64,000 nucleotides of DNA from Guillardia theta CCMP2712 (lineage: Eukaryota; Protista; Cryptophyta). The notes below the pieces were generated by a model. That model did no database searches, was not told the origin of the DNA, and worked only from the letters and a program-made list of their open reading frames with translations. Position 1 is the stretch's first letter, and the number at the start of each line of letters is the position of its first letter. The position numbers and the translations under genes were made by a program. The stretch lies in assembly GCF_000315625.1 (NCBI RefSeq), contig NW_005434615.1, positions 192,852 through 256,851 on the forward strand. The letters run 5' to 3'. Shown here one piece after another: positions 12,756-26,012 of the stretch.

Positions 12756-13900
12756 CCTGATCTACTGCTTCGAACACGACTTGATCCCAGTCGACCCCTG
12801 TGCTCGTGTAACTGCCCCCTACAAGTTACGATCCGATCCCACCCAATATGATCGTTTGTGCACCGGTGATGTTTCAGGATGTCAGAAGATCTTGCGTTAC
12901 TGTATAACCTTTGTCTTGAATCCAGTCCCTGCGTTGCTCCTTTCTCTTCGTACCTGACCTTCTCCCGAATGTGTTGCTGAATCGTTCAACGCGTGCTCTG
13001 TCACTTGCTCTTTAGCGTGCTCGCTCGTATCTGCTACCCCCCCCCTCTCCCGCTTCCTATTTGATGAGCTCTTTCAGTTTCCCCTCCCTCCTTCCTTGTC
13101 TTCTGCCCTCCTTCCTCCTCCTCCTCCTCTTCCTCCTTCATTCTTTCGTCCTTCGCCCATCACGCCAACGGAAACGTTCGCCACCACCCCACCCGGACTT
13201 TTCCCCCTACCTACCCCTTCATCTCTCGGTGTATTTGCTTATGTCGTACCCGGTCATTCCTCTTACACTACCCTACCCCAGTAATACTCGCTACCACCTC
13301 GTTGAGGAATTTCCTTTTCTGAACACGATGGGGTATGTAGTGTCAATGTAGCATGGGAGTCTAGAAGGGTAGGGTACTTCAAAGTTGGAAAGGGGGTGTG
13401 GACTGGAGGAGATGGGGTACTACAGAGTCATATTGGGGTAGGGGGTAGGGGGTAGGGGGTAGTAGAGAACAAACCATGCTGAACGAGCCACCGACATGGC
13501 GCGAGAGAGAAAGCGAGAAGCAGAAAGAGGAGAAGAGGATAGAAGAGAAGAAAAGAATGAAGAGGAGGAAAAGTTTCCGACGAGGATTAACAGCATTGTC
13601 ATCGGATGGTGAGAGACGCATTCATAGAAAGTATAGTGCAGCGTGTGTCCAGTCATCATGATAAATTCACAACAAGGAATACTGTTCCAGCTCATCTTTG
13701 CCTGTGAGAGTTTGTTCAGGACAATCTGATACATGTTGTAATATGATAGCCGTCGCAAAAAGTTTGAATTGTTGAAACATACGTCCGTATGAGATGAAAC
13801 AAAATGTTTAGAACCACATTAAACCTAACGTGAAACATGGCAATTTTTCTCACATTGGCATTGAAAAGGTTTTGCGAGGACTATCTCAACACAGTTTTCC

Positions 13901-15389
13901 ATGGCTCTTAATCCACCACTCATACCGGGTCAAGGCCTTCCCCTGCCTGTTCACGGAGAACTTTTCATCCTGCAAAGAAGGTGTTTCCCTCTCTCATGAG
14001 TCTAAAGGTACTGACAGACTGTGTTACAGCGAAGTTCGATTCGAAGCAGAAATCCTTGGTCAGGTCAGTATTCTAAGAAGTTGTTCCCTCAATCATCCTC
14101 TCTATCCTACTTCATCTCCTCTTTTCCTTTCTCGCTTCCAATGTTACCTTCCACTTGTCGTCCTACCTTGGGGACATAGTGATTTTTTTGCAACAGACCA
14201 AGAGGACGTATGATCACAAAGGAAATCTCTATCTTTCAACTCTCAGAATGGTCTTCGTAAAGGATGCGAATGATACAGGTTGTGCAATCGAATGCTTTCT
14301 GTCCTCTGAACCTGCAATCCAGCAAACAGAGGCTGGTTCAGTCTGGGCCCAGAACATGCCAACGATTTGATTGTGAGACACGATATTGCTGTTGGCGGCC
14401 AGTTTCATCTTGACACGTTTTCTGCGTGTCGCAAGGCTTACGATATTCCTTTGAGTTTGCTTCGCCAAGAACGCTTCAATCAGGTGGAAGCCTGCAGGAT
14501 TTTCTTTTTGATTCCCTAACGAAGAGATGTTTTCAGCCAATCTTTGGCTGCAACAACATAGAAGCGATCTGCTTGCCCCTGCCAGGCACGGATGGGGAAA
14601 CACACATCAAGTTGTCTTTCTACTCAGGTCTCTCAGAACCTCTCTGGAGGCAAAACATTGTTGACTCTTGTTGTGTAGGAGGAGTAGGAACGTTCCTGCC
14701 TCTGTTTTTTGACTTGCTAAATCGTAACCGGTGAGCAAATGAGCCCTGATCTTGTTGTATATGACCTTATTTCGATCAACCAGGCATCCCTCCGGAACCA
14801 TGGACGAGAACTTTCGCACGGCTGTGAGTTCGACGTTTTGAGGTTTGTCAGTGTCGCGTCCTTAGATTGCTGTTCAGGTGTCTTCGGGTCAATTCATGAG
14901 AGCTGCATACATTGATCCCAACGATCCTTCGATGATCTTCGTATCATCACAGCCTGCTACCCCACAGGCAAGAATGTCTAGAGCCCGGGATCGAACCCTA
15001 CCTTCCCTTCCTGCTTTGCGCCCTCATAAATCCCAACTCTCTCTCCCACTTTGCAGATACATTCCTGTTGCTGATGATATCGCAGAGCAACTCTCTGAGC
15101 AGAGACGATTACTACAGACTTGGTCCTCAGGCTGCTGTCGCATCGCCCACCGTCCAGCCTGCCCCGGAGCCCAGAGCACCCGTCATCATTCCAACTGTGA
15201 TACAATCTCTTGTTCTTCTCCTTCCCTCTCACTGTCCTGTCACCCAGGCTACCCCGATCCATGAGGAGCGACCTGCTCCGAGCAGCTCTTCCTCCCCGTC
15301 AGTTCCTGATGGTGAGAAGCGAGCATCGCTCTGTGCTGGCTGAGGCTGAAGTGGGTGCAGGGTGGACTGTCGTGTCGCCTTCCAAGTAG
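13901..15389 (+). CDS. WBP2/UPF0664-like PH-GRAM domain protein
   Basis: MALNPPLIPGQGLPLPVHGELFILQR, KGNLYLSTLRMVFV, YDIPLSLLRQERFNQPIFGCNNI, KLSFYSGGVGTFLPLFF, AAYIDPNDPSMIFVS. Stop TAG at 15387-15389. Confidence 0.85.
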
Positions 15390-15924
15390 GACGGAGAGAA
15401 AAGGGACATCGTACTTGTACATATAGGAAGAACCCTTAAAGGTTCGATTGAAATTTCAATAGATCCGAGATTGGAGGATCAGAGGACAATAGTGTGGGGA
15501 GAGATGGATTGGAGCAGGGCGGTTGTGGGGACGAAAAGCTTTCCTTCCTTCCTAGAAACTAGCAAGAATGGGAAAGTCAGGCTATCCATATCTTACGATG
15601 AAGGGAATTTAGTGGAATATCATTCACAATTTCTGGAGGTCAGTGATGCCTTCGCAAGAAATGATTCAAGATCGACCCCTCTTCTTTGCCTGACATCCTC
15701 CTCTCCTCGCGCATCTCAGATCAAGTGGCAACCGCCTCTTGTCCTGTTTTGTCTCCTGCAAGTTTTACCCAGTCCTCTTATCTACGATGAATTCTCCTGA
15801 GACATCTTCAGTCGTCCTAATCCTCCACTTATTTCATCCTCCCCACTGCCCTCCCCTACACCCCCCTCCATTCCAACTCCTGAGCTTCACTGTCAGCTGG
15901 ACTCAGTTTTGAACAAATACAGCT

Positions 15925-18043
15925 TTATCGATTGTACGGGTGATTGCGAGCACCGAAGTCACGTCTCATCTCCATCTTTCCTCCCATGTCTGCTGTTGAG
16001 CTTCCACTCAACCCCATGCCCTGTGCCTTCTTGTCGCCAGTTCCTTTCGAGCCACGAGGACGAGGAGGAGGAGGAGGGATGTTGGTCAGTGGCAGAGGCT
16101 TCGGACCAGGAGGATACGGCACCATGTTGTTCGGTTGCGAGTTCATACCATTGGTTCTCACAGNNNNNNNNNNNNNNNNNNNNNNNNNNNNNNNNNNNNN
16201 NNNNNNNNNNNNNNNNNNNNNNNNNNNNNNNNNNNNNNNNNNNNNNNNNNNNNNNNNNNNNNNACCTCCTTGACCTGGTCCCATCATACCCCCTGGAGCT
16301 GGTCCAATCATACCCCCTTGACCTGGTCCCATCATACCCCCGGGAGCTGGTCCAATCATCCCCGGCTGCCCCACCATCCCCATGTTCGATGCCATTCCAT
16401 CTGATTCAGCTCCCATCATGCCATTGGCTGGCATGCTATAGTGCATGCTCATACCATCCTGTCCGTGTGCACTATATCCGGAGTTCAAGACGGAGCCATT
16501 CAAAGCGGGATACCCCGCCTCATGATGAATAGATGCCGGGGAATGGCCATCGTAAGCATGGATTGCCGCATTGGGGTTGACCATGTGTCCGGAGGGATCT
16601 GTAGGGGGATAAGGCATGCTTGCATTCGCAGGTGTAGCTACAGAGGTCGTTGCCTGCGAAGAAGGTTGTCATTTCTCGAGAACCCCTTCAACATCAACAA
16701 TACCGTTGTGGTTTGAGTTTTCTTCTCGGCTGCCCACGTGCACTTGAGTGGTCTTGTAAGACCAGGAGGTTTTGTCCCATTCAATGCAGCAATAGCTGCA
16801 GCCGCCTGATAATTCAAACATCATATGACCTCCTGCCAACGATCTTATCTACCGCTTTGTGCGTAGTATACGTCACGAAGGCGAAGTTCTTGCCAGGCAC
16901 CCGCACGTTGTCAATCTCTCCGTGCTTCGCAAAAGCCTTTTTGAGAGCTTCTTCACTCTCAGTGCCCACAAGATTTCCCACATGTACTGTCGTGTTCGAC
17001 TCTGAAGCCTGTCAGCAAGTAGTCAACACTGACACAAATCCATCACAACACGCCAGCTGTCTCACCTGCTTCGCCACAGTCTGAGCGTCAGTGGACGGAG
17101 GAGGATCGGGTGGTCTGTTTGCTGCTGCATTCACATCTGTATGCCTTGTAGTACGAGCCAGGCTGACCCGCAAGGGCCTCCCCATCAACCGACCGCCATC
17201 CATGGCAGCAACAGCGGCGTTTGCATCCTCCTGTACCGGCACTTCTATCAAACCTTTGCAATAGCAAACCAAATTCGGTCACCTGCGTCCGGATGGTCAC
17301 AAATCCATACCCCAGACACTTGCCATCGTCTCCCCGGATGATCCTGGAATCCGAGCAATTGAAGTGTGCGAACGATTCGAAGAGCATGTATTCGTCGATG
17401 ATGTCTCCTATGTTCCCAACGAAGACTGTGATGTGATTGCTTGTATCCTCCTTCGGTCCTGCTTGTTGCAAGTGCCAGGAGACGTTTAACGGAGAACCCA
17501 AAACTTCCCGACCATTCAAGGAGGCCAGTGCTACACTGCAGACCGAATCGAATTAAAGGAAACACTTTCAACAATGAAAGAGAAAGCAAGACAAAAAATT
17601 ACTGCACCTTGCACTTGAGAAGTCTGCAAAGTCGCAGTAACCATGAATTCCGTTTGCATCTGGAATGATTCTGCATGACGTCAACTGGCCGAAGGCTCCA
17701 AAGATGCTGCTTAGAAGCGTTTCATCCACGAGCGGACTGGAGTACGAGAAGTCAGAATTGAATATCAAACCCTCTAAAATTCTCATTCAAAACGTAGCTA
17801 ATCGTAGTGCAAAACTTGCGTCATGGATTCCTCTAAAAATCTGCTCCTGCACTTGCTCCTGCCCCTGCTCACGCTCGTGCTCTTGCTCCAACATTTCTGA
17901 CTGTCCTGCTTCTTGTCATCATCCTCGTTCTCTTCCTCTTCCTCTTCCTATTTCATCTCATCGTCCTCGTTCTTGTCCTCCTTGTCCTTGTCCTCTCACC
18001 TCAGCCCCGTCACATGCAGGCAGCGATTCTCAGCACTCGCCAT
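15925..18043 (-). CDS. TIA1/Pub1/UBP1-like RNA-binding protein with three RRMs and a Met/Gly/Pro-rich low-complexity tail
   Basis: MASAENRCLHVTGL/SPLVDETLL...HGYCDFADF; ITVFVGNIG...CLGYGFVTIR...MDGGRLMGRPLRVSLA; TVHVGNL...NFAFVTY; C-terminal GGMMGPGQ repeats. Spans a 100-N gap. Confidence 0.85.
16164..16263. other. Assembly gap (100 N)
   Basis: Run of N next to a coding tandem repeat. Confidence 0.99.
16264..16362 (-). repeat. 48-nt coding tandem repeat (GPAPGGMMGPGQGGMI)n
   Basis: Two near-identical units are visible and run into the gap. Confidence 0.85.
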
Positions 18044-19026
18044 TTCTGCCGCTCGCAGGCTCCCGCCACCCTCCCTGATTCCAAATAAATGGGTCAAACA
18101 TTGGGCTAAATCTTGAAAATTTCAAATGAATTGAATAGATGTTTGTAATGTTGAAACACCCGTCCTTGGCACCTAGAATTGACCCGTGCCATTCCCTTTG
18201 TAGAACTTGGCTAGAAGATTCGCCGGATGGTACCCGCTTCCCCGCTCATACAGCGTTCGGATCCCGGCGGACCAGCCGGCGGACGGGCCCGGCCACCCAG
18301 CACTGAGAGAGTTGGTGATAGTATCTCCGAGGATACATGTGAACAGATAGTGAAATGAGCGTGCCAGGTTCCGATCCTCAGGATTTTTTACTCAAAGTTT
18401 TAAGTCCTCAGGGATCGGTATGCAGGGGAGGTATAGAGGAGGAGAGGGGAGAGAGGAGGAGATGGGAAAGAGGAAGAGAGGGGCAAGAGGAGGAGAGGGG
18501 CAAGAGGAGGAGAGGGTAGAGAGCTCCATGGATGGACATGGGTGTGAAGTAAATCTAAGATCCGATTCTCTTGTTTTTCAAGCAGAACAATTTGCAGAAT
18601 GAATTTGCTTGGGGAAGTGAGTGTTGAGAGAGAGAAAGTGCATGGAGGGCTATTGATTAGATTGTTGAATGATATTCTGGAGTTTTGAATCTTTGCTAAA
18701 ACAAGTTTTTCCTTAGTCTTGCCTTGATCGTGGGTTTGTTTATCTGATGTCTTCTTTTCTCAATCCTTGTTGGTTGCTTTATTCTTGCAGATGTTTTATT
18801 GACAGATGTTTGTTGTCTATGTTCCTGTTGTATGATTCGAAGGTATCTCTCAAATCTAAGCATTCTATTGTACTTTACTTTAGGTTCAATTTATGGAATA
18901 GCGCGACACTCACTTCATTTTTCCAGGGTATTCCATTGAGCCCTCAACAACTATCTGTCTTCCACAAAGCATGGCATAATGCAACTCGTCTTGAAAGGCT
19001 AAGAATTGAAACAACACTATCTTGGA

Positions 19027-21389
19027 ATGACAAGCAACATCTTACTCAACATCATTGGCATGCTGTCGCTTTCCTGCAGGCCCTGTGGGAGCTTTCTGAG
19101 CCCTCACTATTTTGCCCGGTCGTTCCTCAAGGGCTCTTGCAAGCAGCAACGAACAAGCTTGCAGCTTCTCTCGAGATTTCCGCGCATTGGCTACTCACAA
19201 CCCTGGGTCAGAGCGTTTCGCTCCTCCACCTCCACATTGCACTCTCTTCAGTGCCTCGGGGAGCAGAACGTGGGCCCTGACCTGCCCGTTTGCCTCATCA
19301 GGTGTGTTGAAGGAGAGCCGCACCTGACGGGAAAGCTGAGCATTGCTGGGAAGGAGAAAGTGTTCCACCGGCTACAGGACGATGCTTTGGAAACGACCGT
19401 TCAACGTCTCGAGAGGATAGCAAAGGAGGAGCGGAAAAAGGTTCTTGCGCAAGGGTTCAAGAAGCCAAAGAAAGTCAAGGGGAAAGGAAAGGGCAGGAAA
19501 CGACAGATGGAATCGACCGTCGAAGAGCCTGAGGGAGCCAACACGGAACACCTTCCTCCACCAGTGCTCGAGGACATCGATGTCTGGGTCGAGGATTCCC
19601 GGGGACATCGCGTCTCTGAAGACACGATGAACAAGCTCGCACTGCAAGACCAGTACCTGTTGCATGTGGGTGATGAGACGTTCAGAATGATCAAGAATGT
19701 CCCCGAGGTGAATGCTCTGGCCGTGGAGGGGAAGCCCATGGTTGGTTTCCAGCTGTGCACTGACTCGCAGCTGCTGTTTGCTTCGGAGCATGCTTCCAGG
19801 TGGGAATGGTACCGGCTGGAGGTGAACGAAGATGCCCCGGACGAGGAAGGAGGAGAGGGAGAAGATGTCGAAGGGAAGATCGATTCGAAAGTGCTCATCT
19901 CAACATCGCAGCATTACACGCCGACGGGAGAGGATGTGGGAAAGCGGCTGATGGTGCGATTGACTCCTGGGCGTGTAGACGAGGCAAGCGGGGCCTTGGT
20001 GCAGGGAGATGCCGAGACTTTTACGATGAATCGTGCAGTCCATCAGGGCCCGGACATGAGCGTTCATGAGAAACGATGGCAGCACTGCAGGGAGTTTGAC
20101 TTGAAGAAGCCTTCGAAGCTCCGGATCGTCTCTTACAACATCCTTGCGGATAACTATGCCAACACTCCGTTCGCTGTTGAGAACCTGTACCGTTACTGTG
20201 ACCAGGAGTACCTCCAGATCGACTATCGAAAGCAAGTCTTCATGTGGGAAATTCTGCAATACAACGCAGAGATCGTTTGTCTGCAAGAAGTCTGTGCAGA
20301 TCTGTACGACAAGTACATCGAGCCGATGATGAGGGCAGCTGGCTACACCGGCATCTACACCAACAAGATCACCTCCTCGAGGATTGGCTGCGCCACATTC
20401 TTCAAGTCCGACAGGTTCTCCATGCGAGGATTCCCCATCATCGCCGATCTCACATCTGAGTGGGAGCGGGACGAGGTGCTCAGGTCTTTGTGCTCGGGGT
20501 CGTCAGAGTCGGCTCAGAACCTTCATCGCGCTCTTGTCCGCTCGACGACTGTAGCGCAGATCATCACCCTGGAGGCCAAGGTGGACCAGGACACGGAGCA
20601 GGGAAGGAGGAGCAGACCGGTTGTGGTGTCCAATACTCATCTCTTTGGGAACCCCGACGCTCCCCACGTCCGACTCGTACAGATGGCGTCGTTGCAGAAC
20701 ATGCTCAAGAGCCATTGTGAGAAGTTGGGAGGGGCCAACTGGAGGTCGATTCCTATGGTCCTCTGCGGAGACTTCAATGCTCCCCCGCAGGAGTTCTTGC
20801 ACAACTTCCTCACCCTGGGTCTGGTGGACAGAGGTCATGATGATTGGGGCAAGGGAATGATCTTCAAGTCCCTTGACAGCAGGAAGGAGCGGGAGGCGAA
20901 CTGGTTTGCAAGAAAGACGATGAGCACGGAAGATTACTTGAGGGAGACTATTTTGATGTCGCAGCCAGAGGTCTGTGCTGAGCTAGAGCAGCCCTTCGTT
21001 TGGCGACAAGCGTGCAAGGACGTGCCAGCAACGTTCTGCACATCCTTTGCAACTCAAATAGTGGACTACATTTACATCGCAGGAGATGGTCTAGATGTAA
21101 GTCTCTTCTTTTCCCTCCTGATCATCGTGCTCGTGCTCGTGCTCGTGCTCCACCTTTATCACCACCGCTCTTTCTCATCCTGCTCCTCGCTTCCCTTCCT
21201 CTGCCCTCACTTTCGCCTTCTTCTCCCCTCCTTCCAGTGGGCCTTACGTTTCTGAAGGTGGACTCTTCCTTGGGGAGCGTGCCTGCCTTCACCGAGGAGG
21301 AGCTGAAAGCGGACACCGGGCTGCCGTCCGCCTGCTTCCCATCGGACCACATCGCCCTGGTGGAAAACCTGTACTGGGAGGAGTCTTAG
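19027..21389 (+). CDS. PDE12: 2',5'-phosphodiesterase 12-like (CCR4/EEP-family deadenylase)
   Basis: PDE12-type N-terminal region (PMVGFQL...WEWYR...YTPTGEDVGKRLMVRLTPG) and EEP motifs LRIVSYNILAD, IVCLQEV, NTHLFGNP, LCGDFNA, IVDYIY, FPSDHIALV. Intron ~21097-21258. Confidence 0.9.
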
Positions 21390-21619
21390 ATGAGACGAAG
21401 AGTTTCAAATCCGTTTCATTCTCGAAGCACAAGATCACGATGATGCACGCAAAGGCGTAAAGAATATTCGACCTCTCACCCACATTCCATCCACAAACCC
21501 TCCCTGTACCTTCATGAAAAGTTTCAAAGACTTTTGACCCCTCAGTTACTTTTTCTTGGATGCATTCCTTCCTTCTTCTCCTCCCCCCTTCTAGCTCCTT
21601 TGTTTCCTCTCCCCTCCTC

Positions 21620-22957
21620 TCACTCCTCTTTCTTCTTCTCCTCCTTGTCTTGATCCGTCGCAGGTACCACGTATAGCGGGTAAAGATAGAAAACCATAGC
21701 GGCCAGCAAGCTGTAAACGGCCACAACCACCACAACAGGAGAGAAGGGGTGGTAAGCATACAGCGCTCCTCCTATCGACGGCCCAATCACACCCGCCAGC
21801 TTCTCAGCCGTATCGAGCACGCCCATCAAGCCGCCTACGTTGTTGGACGAGCTGATCCTCGTCACAGTTGCCGAGATGCTGGTGTTGACGATCCCCAGTG
21901 CCACGACCGTCAAGGAGAGCGCGCCATAGAGAACAGCAGGGTTGTGAGTCTGCGCAGTCACGTACCTGCCACCTCCTAGTAGCAGCACGCAGAAGACGAC
22001 GAGCTTGGTCTGGTCCTTGTCGAACCGATTGATGATGGTCCGCGACAGCAGCTGCGAGATCGCGTACATGGCCCCGATGAAAGCGAAGTAGTTAGAGTAG
22101 TCCTTGGGCTGGAAGTGAAACCTCTCCTTCAGCAGCGTCGTCAACAGGGTGAAGAAGATGTGGAACCCCATCGAGAGCCCAAAGCGAAGGAACAGGATCA
22201 CCCGAGCGCATGCTGGCGCGGCAAAGGCGAGCACAAACACCTCCTTCACCGAGTCGTACACGGTGAAGAAGACAGACTCCCAAGGCGTCTTCTTGCCTGT
22301 CTCTGCACACGGCGAGCGCGAGGCCTTGGACGGCAACTGGAAGGCAGCGAAGAACGCGATCAGGTTGAGTACCGTAGCTGCCGCCGCTGCTTGCATGTGC
22401 GTATGCACGAAGGGATGAACGATCGGCCCAACCATGAACCCGAAGCCTGCTGCGAGGCCCAGCTTCCCCAGCACACCAGCTCGCTCCCCAGGAGGTACAA
22501 GATCAGCAACGACAGCCTTGGCGATGGTAAAGTTATGAGCAAGAAGAGCCGCGGGGATCAGCGACAGCCACAGTTCGAACAAGGAGGAAGCAAAGGCAAG
22601 AATCATCATACTCACTGCGCTGGCCAGTGCGCCAAGAGCAAGGGCGAATCTCCTTCCTAGGTGATCAGAGAGAGCTCCTACAAGTGGAGAACCAAAGAGT
22701 CCTAGGGCCGATGACGCGGACGTCATGCTTCCCACACACAAGGCACCGCAGTCCAACTTGGCTCTCAGAGTTTGTTGGTATGGGTTCATGATGGTAAAGC
22801 CAGCCATGGGCGCGATGGTGAGAACGATGACCACCATCTCCCATTTCTTCGGCGTCAGATCCCTCAGCCATGAGATGATCGAGCTCCTGCTCACTGTTGG
22901 CTTTACCGGTTTCTGCTCACTGCGTTCATCCGATTCGGTGCAAGTTTGTGTTCCCAT
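21620..22957 (-). CDS. Major facilitator superfamily transporter (DHA1/TetA, MFSD9/SLC22A18-like)
   Basis: 445-aa ORF with ~12 hydrophobic helices, motif A GALSDHLGRR, AVVADLVPPGERAGVLG and GFGFMVGP. Confidence 0.9.
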   Translation of the reverse strand: MGTQTCTESDERSEQKPVKPTVSRSSIISWLRDLTPKKWEMVVIVLTIAPMAGFTIMNPYQQTLRAKLDCGALCVGSMTSASSALGLFGSPLVGALSDHLGRRFALALGALASAVSMMILAFASSLFELWLSLIPAALLAHNFTIAKAVVADLVPPGERAGVLGKLGLAAGFGFMVGPIVHPFVHTHMQAAAAATVLNLIAFFAAFQLPSKASRSPCAETGKKTPWESVFFTVYDSVKEVFVLAFAAPACARVILFLRFGLSMGFHIFFTLLTTLLKERFHFQPKDYSNYFAFIGAMYAISQLLSRTIINRFDKDQTKLVVFCVLLLGGGRYVTAQTHNPAVLYGALSLTVVALGIVNTSISATVTRISSSNNVGGLMGVLDTAEKLAGVIGPSIGGALYAYHPFSPVVVVVAVYSLLAAMVFYLYPLYVVPATDQDKEEKKKEE

Positions 22958-24052
22958 CTTTTCTGTGACAATCAGAAGCGCAGTTGTCCCACAGGCGTGC
23001 AGCTTCAGAAAGACTGAGGGTGATCAGCTGCTCACACGACGTTTCACACTTCTGTCTCCTTCTTCAGCCTCGAGTGCAACTCAGTTCAAGAGCTTCGTAC
23101 AAAGACTATCTTAGTCTTCGAACTTCCCCTGAATGAGACTGATAACTTTCTGTCTCCTGAAACCACTTCTTCAACTTCCTCTCCGTTTGTTCTCAAGTTC
23201 TGATCTCAGTCTTCTCTTCTCTCTCTCTCTCCTGTCTCATCCCCTTGCTCTCTGTCCATGGCCCGCCATCGCGTTAAACCTAGTGGAGTCTCCACCACCT
23301 ACCCTTTATATGGTACCCATGTACCCCATTCACAATCTACACCCCTTTAGTGCAGTAGCCACCTTCATAACCCATAATTTTCCCATGTAAATCACTACTT
23401 AAATATGGTAGGGTCATATACCCCATGGGGCGATTTTTTTTGTTTTACCACCCCACCCCCAAGATATTCTGTCCCCACCCCTGAAAGGTGCCACCCCTCC
23501 ATTGCAAGCGCCGGGTGGTACCAAGGAACATTATCGTAATTTACCACAACATTTCGTAATTACTACTTATTTATTTGAAATTCTGAGAATATTTTCAATT
23601 TGAAAATAATTGGACATTTTTGGATATTTTACTGCAGAAAGTTTCAAATATATGCATACAATCTTGAAGTTTTTCACAAAACCACCGAAAAATGATACAA
23701 AGTGGAATCCTTGCATACCAGCTAGCTCAAAAAGGTTTTATCTGTTATGGAATTTTATTATTATTTGAAGTACAAATTAACAATTTATAATATTGTTACT
23801 TTTATGAAAATATTATCACTTATAGTTATTCTAAATCAAAATTTGTACATTGAGCAGAAATAAACCGGTACATAATCACACAGCTATAAACAATCGTACA
23901 GATTCATTTTAAACCTCCTCGCCGCTGCATAGGGGTCGTCCTCCGCCCCTTCCGCCGCACTCCTCCTCCGCTTCCCTCCGCCTCTGCCTCTCGTCCCTCC
24001 TTTCATATCCCAGCAGCCAGCTCCATCTATCTCATCTCCTTAGCTGTTGAGA

Positions 24053-25540
24053 ATGTCTGGCCTTCTCAGGAGCGCGGCACAGCGGACTCTGCGGAAGGTG
24101 CTGCCCACTGTTTCTCGCCTGGGATCTTCAGGTGTGTACGGGTCTACCTCGGTCGTGAACAGAAGACTGTCTCCTGCTCTGCCTTCAACCAGCAGGTTTG
24201 TCACAACCTCCTCCTTCTATATCGAACCTCCTGAGGAGATGCTGTTTCCTGATGAAGACATGGAGAAAGGCATTTGGTACGATCTGAACTGGTCTCTCAA
24301 TCGTTCATCAATCACTCCCACCGGACGATCATTTCGAAACCTCAAGTTGAAAGATCTTGAAGCCAAAGGAGGCATGTCTAAACTGTATGATCCTGCAGTG
24401 CTGCCCTTCACGCAGCAGCTTGAAAATGACATCTTCAGTTACCTGTCGAACTCAGAGGTCTTGTATGTGCAGGATTGTGCTCTTGGCGCCCTTTCGACCA
24501 ATGAAATCCCGGTTCGCATTATCACTGACAGCCCTGCTGCCGCTGCCATGTTTGCAAAGTTGTGCTGTCCCACCCGCAAGATCAAATTGAGCGATTACAG
24601 GGAGGATGTAACTGTATACTTGGCATCAGAAACCAACCTGGGTCCTTTCCTCTCCGTAGACAAGCCAAACAGAAAGATCCTGATGGGTGGGACAATTAAG
24701 GCCAATGAGCTTGTCAAGAAGATGGCAAGATCTTCGGTGAACGCCTTCCTCGCTCGCAACATCCTTCCTCTCTGGGGCTCAATGGAAAACAACACACTCT
24801 ACATGGCACATCCAGGTCCGCACGTTGGCGGCTTTTCTGGATTCTCTTTTAGTTCTTCTGGTTTCTGTCGCCTGCTCAATGCTGAGGTCCAGACCGATGG
24901 CTCAATTGTACCCATGCCCAAGCAGCCCAACGCCATGTCTTTGCCTAAGTCTATCGTCATGTTCGCTCATGATGATACTGGCGCGATTCCCGCAGCCACC
25001 AAGTTGACGCCAGACCAGGTGAGCCGACGTATTAGATAGAAGCATGGGTACATAGATAAGGGTCAAGTGATCTGTTTTGTGTGCTGGTTCTCGATGTCCA
25101 GCATTGTGGATAGTGTTGATGATAATTCCCTGAAATCCTTTTTCCTTTAGGCGGGCTTCTACTATATCACAGCATGTGCTCCAAGGAGTCTCTCTCAGTA
25201 TGTCGAAGCTGCTTCCCTCATGATGGAGTTCGCCAAAGTGTGCGATGTCTACATGGTTAACAGCGGGGCTTTTGTGAACGAGGATGATATCGAGACCACG
25301 GCTCGAGCCATCGTCGGCAAGACAGGGGGCTCCGCAGATGCTCTTGGATTGAAACCTATCCCTGTCACCTGCAAGACAAAGTCGCCCTCGAGCGAGCAAG
25401 TAGATACAGTTAGCATTGCTCTTAACCATATGGTATGTGCAGCGACAACACTCAGATTTCATGTTTAACAAAATATTTGCAGGCGGGAGAGCGAACAACG
25501 GTGGAAGAGATTCTCAAAGCTGGACCACCGAAAAGTAAAG
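24053..25540 (+). CDS. PEP carboxykinase (ATP)-fold protein, probably non-catalytic, with a mitochondrial-type presequence
   Basis: Arg/Ser-rich leader MSGLLRSAAQRTLRKVLPTVSRL. PEPCK-like segments YLSNSEVLYVQDCALGA...IPVRIITDS, IVMFAHDDTGAIPAATKLTPDQAGFYY, VYMVNSG and a C-terminal ILKAGP. No GLSGTGKTT P-loop. 3' end approximate. Confidence 0.7.
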
Positions 25541-26012
25541 AAAGGCTGCAGATTATTTCCTTTTCTTCCTTATTCCATTTCTGTTGGTTTTTATTTGATG
25601 CGATACGAACGTGGTGCGATCACATTAAAAGATTGAGAGTGCGGCTTTCTGTTCAGGCTCAGGTCTCAACACATGACATACCAGGTGCAAGGCTATTCAT
25701 CTCACTAACTCATCGCAACTGTCTCCTTCGCCGCCGTCGAGGATCACTGTAGTGTAATAGGTTGATCGTAACCGCGGTTTCAGTTTATTTGTCCGAACGG
25801 TCAAGCTTCACCCGACTCCGAGCCTCAGCCGGCACAAATAAATTGACTTAGCTAATCTGATTTGTCAAAGAAAACTGTCAATAAGATGAGTGAAAGCGAC
25901 AGGAAAACATGGCACGGTCAGCGAAGAGGGGGAGAGAGCTGAGATAGCATCGATAAGGACCTCTTATCTTGATCGTCAACAGCAAGACCTCTAGCAAGCG
26001 CTGCTACTTGAG

